A stretch of DNA of 64,000 nt from Patescibacteria group bacterium (GTDB taxonomy: Bacteria > Patescibacteriota > Microgenomatia > UBA10105 > UBA927), in NCBI GenBank assembly GCA_038062895.1, contig JBBTWJ010000014.1, forward strand, positions 4,036 to 68,035, written 5' to 3'. Under the pieces are notes generated by a model. It had not been told where the DNA came from and made no database searches. It was given only the letters and a program-made list of their open reading frames with translations. The translations under genes were made by a program, and so were the position numbers. Of the stretch, positions 1 to 7,728 are shown piece after piece. The first letter of the stretch is position 1. Every line of letters begins with the position of its first letter.

Positions 1-1114
1 CATTTTTTAAGTCGGCAAACTCAGATATATTGGTTTTCAGCTTAAGGCTTTGGGAATTTTGGCTTTTGTCTATGGCAAAAAAGCAGAAAGCCTGACTGAT
101 GTCTATGAAAAACTCATTCTTTTCCGGAATTGTATGGATAGTAGACAAGCGATAGTCATTAAGCATTCTATTTCTAAGCTCATAACTTTGTTTATCGCTT
201 AATAAGGTTGAGGGTATTAATAGACCCACTTTACCATCTTTTTTAGTGTAATTTTCAACTATTTCTTCAACAAATAATTTATATAAATTTAATGTTCCAT
301 TATTGTATTTATATGTATGATTCTTTCTTATAAAGTTTAATAATTTTGTTATTTGTTTTTTATAATTATCAGTTTCGTCATTGTATTTATTTGAATTAGC
401 CTTAAGTAGTTTGTAGGGTGGGTTTGTAAGAACAATGTCAAAACCATCTGTTCTATTAAAGATGTGTCGTGGGTCATTTTTAACGATAAAATCTTTATTA
501 AGATCAAAAAGGAGGTCGCCTATGTAGAGGTTCTTTGGCGGTATTGTTACTTTGAAAGTATATTTTGCGTTAATATAATGAGGAATTATTTGACTAAGTA
601 AAGAAATAGCTTCTGCATCTATATCAGCAAAATACATATTGTTGATAATTGTTTGTGCGTCTGCGTTTGTAGAATGTTTTTGATTGTCAAAAATATTATC
701 TAAATATGCTAAAGCGAAAATTCCAATACCCGAACAGGGTTCTAAGAAGCTTTTATTTAATGGGTTTATTGTCTTGTCATAAAGACTCACCGTTTCGTCT
801 GTAATTAACCTCGCAATATAATAATCGGTATAATAGATTCCGTTATGTTTTCTTTCATCTGTGCTTGAAAGTTTAACTTTCTCTTTTTTTTTCTGATGAG
901 TAAGACCTATGAGTTCAACGATCGCAATGTAGTTTAAATCTTTATTACTTGTTGCAAAATCGGATAGTAAGGTACTAAATGTCAATTCATTATTAATAGT
1001 CTTGTTTTTTAGAATTTCTAGTAAATTACTTATGATTACATCGTCATTAATGCCGTGTGAGGTAAGAGAGTTATAAATTGAGTATATTTTTCTTGTATTA
1101 CTTTGGGTAGGCAT
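1..1114 (-). CDS. N6-adenine DNA methyltransferase, N-terminal part (gene runs off window start)
   Basis: Own minus-strand translation from ATG at 1114: MPTQSNTRKIYS... It contains an EPCSGIGIF AdoMet motif (FxGxG) and a TNPPY catalytic motif (motif IV of amino-MTases). Not in the ORF track because it is truncated by the window edge. About 30% GC. Confidence 0.7.
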   Translation of the reverse strand, partial: MPTQSNTRKIYSIYNSLTSHGINDDVIISNLLEILKNKTINNELTFSTLLSDFATSNKDLNYIAIVELIGLTHQKKKEKVKLSSTDERKHNGIYYTDYYIARLITDETVSLYDKTINPLNKSFLEPCSGIGIFALAYLDNIFDNQKHSTNADAQTIINNMYFADIDAEAISLLSQIIPHYINAKYTFKVTIPPKNLYIGDLLFDLNKDFIVKNDPRHIFNRTDGFDIVLTNPPYKLLKANSNKYNDETDNYKKQITKLLNFIRKNHTYKYNNGTLNLYKLFVEEIVENYTKKDGKVGLLIPSTLLSDKQSYELRNRMLNDYRLSTIHTIPEKNEFFIDISQAFCFFAIDKSQNSQSLKLKTNISEFADLKN

Positions 1115-1143
1115 ATATTTATTATATTTGAAATCCTTAACAA

Positions 1144-1737
1144 TTATCCGTTTCTTATCAATCCTACAAATTTACCTCGTACTTCTAATTTTTGTGGTTC
1201 AATAACGAGATAATTCTTGTTTCTTGGTTCTAAGGTAATTTTCCCACCTCTTTTTCTAAAAACTTTTAAAGTTGCTCCATCTTCAGTAATAGCAACTATA
1301 ACTTCTCCGTTATTGGCTGTCATTTGGTGTTTAATCAAAACGATATCTTTATCAAGTATTCCCATATCGATCATGCTGTCGCCTTTAATCTTAAGGGCAT
1401 AATGCGGATACCTTGAGTCAATTTCAATATTTGAAGGAACTTGGATTTCTTCCGGGTTTTCAATTGGTTCGATAGGTTTTCCAGCAGCAATATAACCTAA
1501 TAAGGGGATATTGTGCTGGTTGGTTATTGGGGAAATACCCCTTGCTTTGTTTGCATTTTTAGTCAGATATCCTTTCTCTTCAAGCTCATTTACATAATAT
1601 TGTGCCGTACTTAAATTCTTACCTAAATAGTTGGCTATTTCATGAAGAGAGGGGGAAAACCCCTTTTCTCTCAAAAAAGAGTTAATAAAATCTAAGGTGT
1701 TTTTTTGTTTTCCAGTTAATGGTTGTATATCTTGCAT
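1144..1737 (-). CDS. lexA: LexA-type repressor (S24 peptidase with N-terminal wHTH)
   Basis: 197 aa. N-terminal LexA DNA-binding fold, an Ala-Gly cleavage site (YIAAGKP), a GDSM serine motif and a downstream KR. AT-rich. Sits 30 bp upstream of the MTase gene on the same strand. Confidence 0.85.
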   Translation of the reverse strand: MQDIQPLTGKQKNTLDFINSFLREKGFSPSLHEIANYLGKNLSTAQYYVNELEEKGYLTKNANKARGISPITNQHNIPLLGYIAAGKPIEPIENPEEIQVPSNIEIDSRYPHYALKIKGDSMIDMGILDKDIVLIKHQMTANNGEVIVAITEDGATLKVFRKRGGKITLEPRNKNYLVIEPQKLEVRGKFVGLIRNG

Positions 1738-1803
1738 ATATTATAAATATATGATAAATTTACAGTAAAGTCAAGAGTGAATTTTAAGGGGGTGAAATTA
1801 AAT

Positions 1804-2037
1804 ATGGCAAAACAAAATCAACATGTAGTACCGCATCAAGGTGATTGGGCAGTCAGAGGAGAAGGAAACTCAAGAGTTACTTCAATTCACCCGACACAAT
1901 CTTCGGCTTATGAAGTAGCAAGGAAAATTGCAATTAACAATAGGTCTGAGGTTGTTACTCACCGTCCTGATGGAACAATTAGGGATAAGGATAGTTTTGG
2001 GAACGATCCGTGTCCACCAAAAGACAAGAAGAATTAA
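1804..2037 (+). CDS. DUF2188 family small protein
   Basis: MAKQNQHVVPHQGDWAVRGEGNSRVTSIHPTQSSAYEVARKIA...DGTIRDKDSFGNDP matches the DUF2188 pattern. Strong SD (AAGGGGGTGA) 8 nt before the ATG at 1804. Confidence 0.7.
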   Translation: MAKQNQHVVPHQGDWAVRGEGNSRVTSIHPTQSSAYEVARKIAINNRSEVVTHRPDGTIRDKDSFGNDPCPPKDKKN

Positions 2038-2044
2038 TTCCAAT

Positions 2045-2962
2045 ATGGAAAATTTAATTAATAAAAAGGTAAAAATCGGAAGAAATGATCTCTATCCTTG
2101 TGGAAGCGGAAGGAAATATAAAAAGTGTTGTATGGTAAAAGAACCTACAGAGCAGTTGTTACCTGTAAAAGAGGTAAAAACAGTTATTAGCAATACGTAT
2201 GGGAATCTTTTTGATTTCAACAAAGAGTTAAAAAGTGTCGTAGATGGTATTTTTAAGAAAAAATGTAAGGCTGATGAATCCAAAACAGCATTTGCATCGT
2301 TTACCATAGGGAAAGCTTACAAAACACATGAAGCAATAATGATTTTATGTTCTGAAGGTTATGGTGAAGATGCCGCAATATTAGTCAGATCACTTTTTGA
2401 ACTATTAATAACTTTACTTTATATCTTAAAAGACTCTACAGACGAACGAGCCAACAGATATTATTCCTACGACTGGATTCTTCGCAAAAAAATGTTCGAC
2501 TACGCAAAAACTAAGCCAGAAATTGCAAAGGAAATGCAAGATAGAGCAACTAACCCTAAGATAGGCGATACAAACATTGAGGAAGTAATGAAACAGGCTA
2601 AAGTTGTGCAGGAAAAATATAAATATAACAATAAAGGTTGGTCGGATAAGTCAATTTACGATATGGCATCAGAGGTAGGGCGTATGGACCATTACAAGAC
2701 TATTTATGCTCTTCAGTCCCAAATTGCTCATACTGCAGTTAGAGTTATAAATGATTACGTTAAAGATAGCGGTTCAGGCTTAAATATAATGGTTGGTCCT
2801 GGTTTAAACTGGATTGAAAACGACCTAGTTGCGTTATTTGACTTCTATTATTCAATTGTTGGCGAGTGCGACAAACTATTTGAATTTGGTTATGCTAAGA
2901 AACTTGACGATATAGCTAAACGCTATCTTGCCCATGTGGGGGAAATCAATAATAAAACTTAA
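2045..2962 (+). CDS. SEC-C motif domain protein with uncharacterised C-terminal domain (possibly DUF5677-like)
   Basis: Starts MENLINKK.. with a SEC-C metal-binding motif (CGSGRKYKKCC) near the N-terminus. The internal ATG at 2045 is preferred over the track start at 1928, which overlaps the upstream gene. Confidence 0.65.
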   Translation: MENLINKKVKIGRNDLYPCGSGRKYKKCCMVKEPTEQLLPVKEVKTVISNTYGNLFDFNKELKSVVDGIFKKKCKADESKTAFASFTIGKAYKTHEAIMILCSEGYGEDAAILVRSLFELLITLLYILKDSTDERANRYYSYDWILRKKMFDYAKTKPEIAKEMQDRATNPKIGDTNIEEVMKQAKVVQEKYKYNNKGWSDKSIYDMASEVGRMDHYKTIYALQSQIAHTAVRVINDYVKDSGSGLNIMVGPGLNWIENDLVALFDFYYSIVGECDKLFEFGYAKKLDDIAKRYLAHVGEINNKT

Positions 2963-3005
2963 TTTGAAACAACCACCAAAAGGATCATCTTTTGAAACTA
3001 TAGAA

Positions 3006-3524
3006 ATGACTAAAGTAGACTTTTTTCAGGCATCACTTAATAAGCTACATGATGACGTAGGAACAATTCTCAGGTTACTTGATGAACACAATAAGCAATC
3101 TGCTCGTAAGGTAGGTTTTTGGGCAAGTATGAGGTTAATTATGCCAATTATTGAGGCGGTGGCAAATGTTACCGGAGAAAAACCCCAAGAGTTTCTTAAA
3201 AATCACTTAGAAGTTACTGCTCCTTACTTAACCTGGGATTTATTTAGACATTCACTTATCCACGGGGACTATATGCAACACGCAAAATACCAATCAAAAG
3301 AGATTGGTTGGGGTATCGCATTTATTGGAGTAGGCCATGTTATTACCAGTGGACACATAGGCATTGACGCTATACACCTTTACAACAAACTCAATGAATA
3401 TATAACCGCTGAAGTGGCAAAAAATGACCAAGCAGTCGTCAAAATTGAAGTAGGAGTTTTATATAAAAATCCAAAGCAGGAAGTTGTTGACGAGTTTAAT
3501 AAACTATGCGGTAAGGGTTTATAA
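3006..3524 (+). CDS. hypothetical protein (third gene of AT-rich operon)
   Basis: ORF 2928..3524. The internal start MTKVDFF at 3006 avoids overlap with the upstream gene. No recognisable motif. Confidence 0.45.
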   Translation: MTKVDFFQASLNKLHDDVGTILRLLDEHNKQSARKVGFWASMRLIMPIIEAVANVTGEKPQEFLKNHLEVTAPYLTWDLFRHSLIHGDYMQHAKYQSKEIGWGIAFIGVGHVITSGHIGIDAIHLYNKLNEYITAEVAKNDQAVVKIEVGVLYKNPKQEVVDEFNKLCGKGL

Positions 3525-3727
3525 TTGTTGGGATTGCTGAAGTGTAGTTTCTGGGTCAACACATAATTCAGCTCAGTCTACCGTACGAAACGTATCCCAG
3601 TTACTGAGCCTGTTGGCACTTAATATACTAAAATCGTGCTTGCAACCGTACATGCAACCTATGCAGGCAACCTGCCGGGTAGTTTAGATTTAAACCTCTC
3701 TCTTTATTAAATATCTGTTTTTTAACA

Positions 3728-3751
3728 TGCTCAAATTATACTCCCCTCACG
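3728..3751 (-). promoter_or_regulatory. copy 1 of conserved promoter-like motif GGGGAGTATAATTTGAGC (TATAAT -10 box)
   Basis: The same 20-24 bp motif recurs at 5117-5140 and 6020-6038. This copy lies in a 330-bp gene-free region. Confidence 0.4.
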
Positions 3752-3872
3752 CTCCCTTCGATAGACTTCCCTCGAAAAGACTCGGGACAGGCAGGGTAAA
3801 CAGACTCAGTGTGAACACTTCAGCAAGTTTATGGTGAGCCAAGCCGAACCAATCAGGGTAAATGATCGGGAT

Positions 3873-4778
3873 TTATTTCAATCTTTTTTTCTCTTCCGGC
3901 TCATGGAGAAAGTTTTGTTTGGAGACGACTGAACGGCCGAGGCGTTTCTCAAGCTTTTTTCTTGCTCCTCCGGCTATATCGCCTCCGGCCTTGGCATCTG
4001 CTTTTAACTTGGGCACACCTTGGGAATCCTCATTCCGGTGAATTTCCGTCGTAGCGCGTTCGCCTAACATGTTAAAAATCAATTCAAAATCATCCATGTG
4101 GTCACGTAAATTCTCGCGTCGCAGACCCTTTAGTTTTTTATATTCACTCGGCGTGACCCCAAACGTGGCTTTAGAAATTTCTGCGGTCAGTATTTCATAA
4201 TCTCTGTCTTCTCTTGCTCCACGCTTCTGCCACTGGTCGGTCAACTCTTCCCGAATCGCAATCCCACGCATCCGTTTCTCTATCCAATCATCTGAATACC
4301 CTTTTAGCTTGTAGAGCATTCGAGTTCTCTTGGTGCCTAACTCCGGGTTTTCTATCTCCTGCACCCGCTCGTACCCCACGCGGGCTAGCCACCGTTTAAA
4401 AGGCTCAGCTTTTGGGGATGGTATGGATTGGATGAGTCGAAAAATACCTTCCGTATGCCAACAATAGGCTTTTTGTACTCCTCCCGGGGTTTCAATATCC
4501 AACATAAGGGGTGGTACAAATTGTACCCCTCCTTTGTCAGTCAATTTTGCTAGCTCCCCATCTCTCTCCTTGAGCCGTTTGAAGTATTGCGCTGGATCAC
4601 GAGAATTAGCTAACGCTTCGATGACATCATTCACCGAAAACCACCATTCATTGTTATAAATAGTTTTCCTGATCTTTTTGCCTTTAAACAGAGCGATTTT
4701 TGTTGCATCCATAAACAAATAAATACCTAATGAGTCAAAGTATACTCCACCTTCTGTAGGGACACGCCTCATGCTCAA
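3873..4778 (-). CDS. Bro-N domain / DinD-like (DNA-damage-inducible protein D family) protein
   Basis: 301 aa. N-terminal Bro-N-like segment (FKGKKIRKTIYNNEWWFSVNDVIEAL). The C-terminal segment KKLKGLRRENLRDHMDDFELIFNMLGE resembles E. coli DinD (KGLKKNQKILDHMGSTELAANLF). Confidence 0.65.
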   Translation of the reverse strand: MSMRRVPTEGGVYFDSLGIYLFMDATKIALFKGKKIRKTIYNNEWWFSVNDVIEALANSRDPAQYFKRLKERDGELAKLTDKGGVQFVPPLMLDIETPGGVQKAYCWHTEGIFRLIQSIPSPKAEPFKRWLARVGYERVQEIENPELGTKRTRMLYKLKGYSDDWIEKRMRGIAIREELTDQWQKRGAREDRDYEILTAEISKATFGVTPSEYKKLKGLRRENLRDHMDDFELIFNMLGERATTEIHRNEDSQGVPKLKADAKAGGDIAGGARKKLEKRLGRSVVSKQNFLHEPEEKKRLK

Positions 4779-4795
4779 AATATGATTTATATTCG

Positions 4796-5110
4796 TTACT
4801 GTATCCTTCCTGTGGCGGCTAAGAAAAGAACGATGGGGATACTCATCGTATACACCAATCCACCTATACCAAACATGACGAGTAAAATTACCAGAATTGA
4901 ATTTTTATACACAACGCTCATTGTTATGGGAAACTTCACCAACGTGGCGTACGTCCGACGACAGAGGGTAACAATAGAAACATTGAAAATTCTTTTCGAT
5001 ACCTTGTCAGCAGTGAGATAGGCTCCGTACAGCGCAGAACACACGTCATATACAAACTCTTTCCAAAAATATTTCCTCACCCGGATGGTAATACGTACTG
5101 CGCTATCCAT
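4796..5110 (-). CDS. small membrane protein (2 C-terminal TM helices), hypothetical
   Basis: Track ORF 4796..5122 begins with TTG. The first ATG (MDSAVR...) is at 5110. A hydrophobic C-terminal segment follows. Preceded by motif copy 2. Confidence 0.35.
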   Translation of the reverse strand: MDSAVRITIRVRKYFWKEFVYDVCSALYGAYLTADKVSKRIFNVSIVTLCRRTYATLVKFPITMSVVYKNSILVILLVMFGIGGLVYTMSIPIVLFLAATGRIQ

Positions 5111-5116
5111 ATACTT

Positions 5117-5140
5117 ACTCAAAGTATACTCTCCTCACGC
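5117..5140 (-). promoter_or_regulatory. copy 2 of conserved promoter-like motif (GAGGAGAGTATACTTTGAG)
   Basis: Lies 7-30 nt upstream of the ATG at 5110 on the minus strand. Confidence 0.4.
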
Positions 5141-5187
5141 CAGGGAAGGGCATGGTACATCCCCCACGCGGCAAATAGCTATGAAAT

Positions 5188-6006
5188 TTATTTCAATTTT
5201 TTGATGGAGGGATTACCTAGTAGAGATTGCATTTGGGAAATGGCGGTTTGGTTTAGTTGAACTAATCTAACGGATTGGGAAATTTCTTGCCTGATGAGCT
5301 GGGCATTGAGACCCTCGAGGTTGGCCAGTACTACAAGTTGGGTGACGTCGGCATAGTCGCGGATATTACCATCTTTGCCCGGATTTTCATCCCGCCACAA
5401 TTTGGCTGTTTTGCCAAACAACGCCATGTTGAGTACATCAGCCTCACTGGCATAAACAATACTTGTTGTTTGTTGCGAAACAGAGGGAGGAACCAGGTGT
5501 TCTTTGATCGCATCGGTGTGGATTTTATAGTTAATCTTAGTCAGAGTCCTTTTCACATCCCAACCAAGCCGCAATTTTTCACTCTCTTCATTTTTTAGTC
5601 TCTGAAACTCTTTGATGAGATAAATTTTAAATTCAGGGCTTATCCACATCCCAAATTCAAAGGCAATATCTTTATGGGCATATGTTCCACCATATCGTCC
5701 GGCGGTTGCCTTGAGACCAACAGCATTCGTCTTTTTGACCCATTCTTTTACACTTATCTTGTAGTTATTCAAGCCTGCCTGACTTTTAATTGTGGCAAAT
5801 TCGCCATAATTAAAATTTGGATTATGTAACTTTTCCCATATACCCAAAAATTCAACGGTATTTCTATTTCTGAGCCAATCGGAAATAAAAAAATCACCAT
5901 CTTTTGCTTTCAACATGTCGGTAAGCGAAATAAAATCATCACCCCCAACATTTAAAATAATGCCGATTTGACTGCCCTGAACTATAATTTGTTTACTTTT
6001 CGTCAT
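5188..6006 (-). CDS. KilA-N domain protein (phage antirepressor-type DNA-binding protein)
   Basis: 272 aa. The N-terminal 100 aa match KilA-N/APSES-like proteins (QIGIILNVGGDDFISLTDML...). The C-terminal half is conserved in KilA-N domain-containing proteins (YAHKDIAFEFGMWISPEFKIYLIKEF). Confidence 0.7.
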   Translation of the reverse strand: MTKSKQIIVQGSQIGIILNVGGDDFISLTDMLKAKDGDFFISDWLRNRNTVEFLGIWEKLHNPNFNYGEFATIKSQAGLNNYKISVKEWVKKTNAVGLKATAGRYGGTYAHKDIAFEFGMWISPEFKIYLIKEFQRLKNEESEKLRLGWDVKRTLTKINYKIHTDAIKEHLVPPSVSQQTTSIVYASEADVLNMALFGKTAKLWRDENPGKDGNIRDYADVTQLVVLANLEGLNAQLIRQEISQSVRLVQLNQTAISQMQSLLGNPSIKKLK

Positions 6007-6019
6007 ATTGCAATAATTA

Positions 6020-6038
6020 GCTCAAATTATACTCCCCC
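6020..6038 (-). promoter_or_regulatory. copy 3 of conserved promoter-like motif (GGGGGAGTATAATTTGAGC), 22 nt upstream of KilA-N ATG
   Basis: Identical core to copy 1. No SD between the motif and the ATG. Confidence 0.45.
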
Positions 6039-6064
6039 TACCTACTAAACACGATCTAACATCA

Positions 6065-6418
6065 TTATGACTCTATGACCACTCCCTCCAGGACGTCCAT
6101 ATCGATGAAGGGGTACAGGAGCCTCAGATTTTTGGTATTGGAACGGTAAAAAAGATCCGCAACGACCCCGATAAACGGGAGGAGCCCCAGGAGATAATCC
6201 AAAAAGATATGCCAACCCATCGTCCAATAAATCCGCGACGGGACCTTCAATTGATACGCAATCCAGAAGAGATAGCAGGAGATACCTGCGCCAATCATGC
6301 TTCCGAACCCCGGCAAGATGTCCAGGATCGGATCTATCCCAAACCGGATACCAAAAAAGTTAAATTTGGTATCCATGAGAGTCACCAGACGCTGAGCGAA
6401 CTCAATATGTGATTTCAT
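6065..6418 (-). CDS. DUF4112 family membrane protein
   Basis: 117 aa, two TM helices, GIDPILDILPGFG ... GLLPFIGVVADLFYRSNTKN pattern typical of DUF4112. Confidence 0.55.
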   Translation of the reverse strand: MKSHIEFAQRLVTLMDTKFNFFGIRFGIDPILDILPGFGSMIGAGISCYLFWIAYQLKVPSRIYWTMGWHIFLDYLLGLLPFIGVVADLFYRSNTKNLRLLYPFIDMDVLEGVVIES

Positions 6419-7302
6419 TGAGGACTATACCCCTTCCCAATCTTCCACACGCCTTTTTCACGAAACGCAGGGATCGTCTGTCGACGGGCAGCGTTAAATA
6501 TGGCCGGAGCACCAAGATTATGCTCTTTGACATATGTGGCCAGAGTAACTATTTCACCACCTTGTAAATAGGTAATACGTTTATGCAACGACTCACATAT
6601 TGCCCGCGTAAGAACACGTTCCGTTGTGCTGGTCTTTTTGTCATCACGATATTGCGTAAATCCCCGATAATATTCCTGCTTTTCTTTATCACGGATGATA
6701 ATATTCGGAAAACCTATTCGTTGGAGTTGAAGATTGATCAGCGCTCTTCCTATGCGGCCATTACCGTCATTAAATGGATGAATCGTTTCAAACTCCAGAT
6801 GAAAACGTGCGATAGCATCAAGAGGATATAGCGTCAGATTACCCGTATATTCCTCAAGTAACCGATCCATCAACCGATCGATATGTTCCGGCGCAGGTGC
6901 GACAAAAGCTCCCACACGTACATATTCATTTGCGCTGCGAAACCGTCCGGCTATTTCATCATTTATTCCTACGAGGAGCATACCGTGAAGCGTACAAATA
7001 AATTCTTTGGATAACTCACGATCTTTTGATAACGCTCGTATAAAAGCCACAACACGGGCTAAATTTTTAGCCTCATACACTTCACGAACGCTCACCTGCC
7101 GGGATACTTCCATTTCCAGTAATATTTTTTCCGTTTCCGGAAGGCTGAGGGTCGAGTTTTCAATCGCGTTGGAGTTGTAGACACTTTCTGCGATTTCCGC
7201 CTCATCGATGAGGGTAAGGAGTGCGTCTTTGCCTATCCGCAACCGGTCAAATTGAGTCTTGATTATTCGTATTTTATCGGTGATCAATCGCGATGTAGCC
7301 AT
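6415..7302 (-). CDS. Fic family protein (AMPylase/phosphocholine transferase fold)
   Basis: Canonical Fic motif HPFNDGNGRIGRAL in a 295-aa protein. Confidence 0.85.
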   Translation of the reverse strand: MATSRLITDKIRIIKTQFDRLRIGKDALLTLIDEAEIAESVYNSNAIENSTLSLPETEKILLEMEVSRQVSVREVYEAKNLARVVAFIRALSKDRELSKEFICTLHGMLLVGINDEIAGRFRSANEYVRVGAFVAPAPEHIDRLMDRLLEEYTGNLTLYPLDAIARFHLEFETIHPFNDGNGRIGRALINLQLQRIGFPNIIIRDKEKQEYYRGFTQYRDDKKTSTTERVLTRAICESLHKRITYLQGGEIVTLATYVKEHNLGAPAIFNAARRQTIPAFREKGVWKIGKGYSPQ

Positions 7303-7372
7303 ACTTCATATAATAGCATATTCACGGTGTTTTGTCAATTTACCGTGAATATGGATAAGAAATCGGCTCTAT

Positions 7373-7621
7373 TCACGGTATTTTGATGGTATACACCACG
7401 CCGCGGGTGGAACCCATTTTTTGTATAAATCCCGCCTTAGCAAGCTGCTTGAGGTCATAATGAAGCGTACTTGGTGGCACGAGCCGGAATTGCCGTGATA
7501 AAAACGCGAATGATACCATCTTATTTTCCCGTATCGTCGCCACGATCTCCTGACGCCGGGGAAACGGCGACGAGTGAGGCTGTATGGTTATTATGCGCTG
7601 CATGGTCGCTAGTGAATCCAT
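7373..7621 (-). CDS. winged-helix (DeoR-like HTH) DNA-binding protein upstream of fic
   Basis: 82 aa with HTH_DeoR-like helix (VSFAFLSRQFRLVPPSTLHYDLKQLAKAGFI). Confidence 0.5.
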   Translation of the reverse strand: MDSLATMQRIITIQPHSSPFPRRQEIVATIRENKMVSFAFLSRQFRLVPPSTLHYDLKQLAKAGFIQKMGSTRGVVYTIKIP

Positions 7622-7630
7622 GAGAACATA

Positions 7631-7680
7631 TTAGAAGATATTAGAAGATGTTGCAAGATGTTGCAAGATGTTGCAAGATA
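7631..7680. repeat. five tandem 10-bp repeats (TTAGAAGATA x2, TTGCAAGATG x3) in divergent promoter region
   Basis: Perfect 10-bp periodicity read directly from the sequence. Lies between the wHTH gene start (7621) and the MBL gene start (7729). Confidence 0.8.
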
Positions 7681-7728
7681 TCACATGATTATGGCAAACG
7701 GCGACAGGAATACGGTACACTAATAATA

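Noticed and set aside
1928-2044. Upstream extension of the SEC-C ORF (track start at 1928)
   Set aside because: It overlaps the DUF2188 gene by 110 nt in another frame. The internal ATG at 2045 gives a clean non-overlapping start with the SEC-C motif near the N-terminus.
7625-7680. Possible CRISPR array
   Set aside because: Only 10-bp units in direct tandem with no spacers. No cas genes anywhere in the window. No other spacer-repeat structure found. The MITE-like and leader elements are dispersed, not arrayed.
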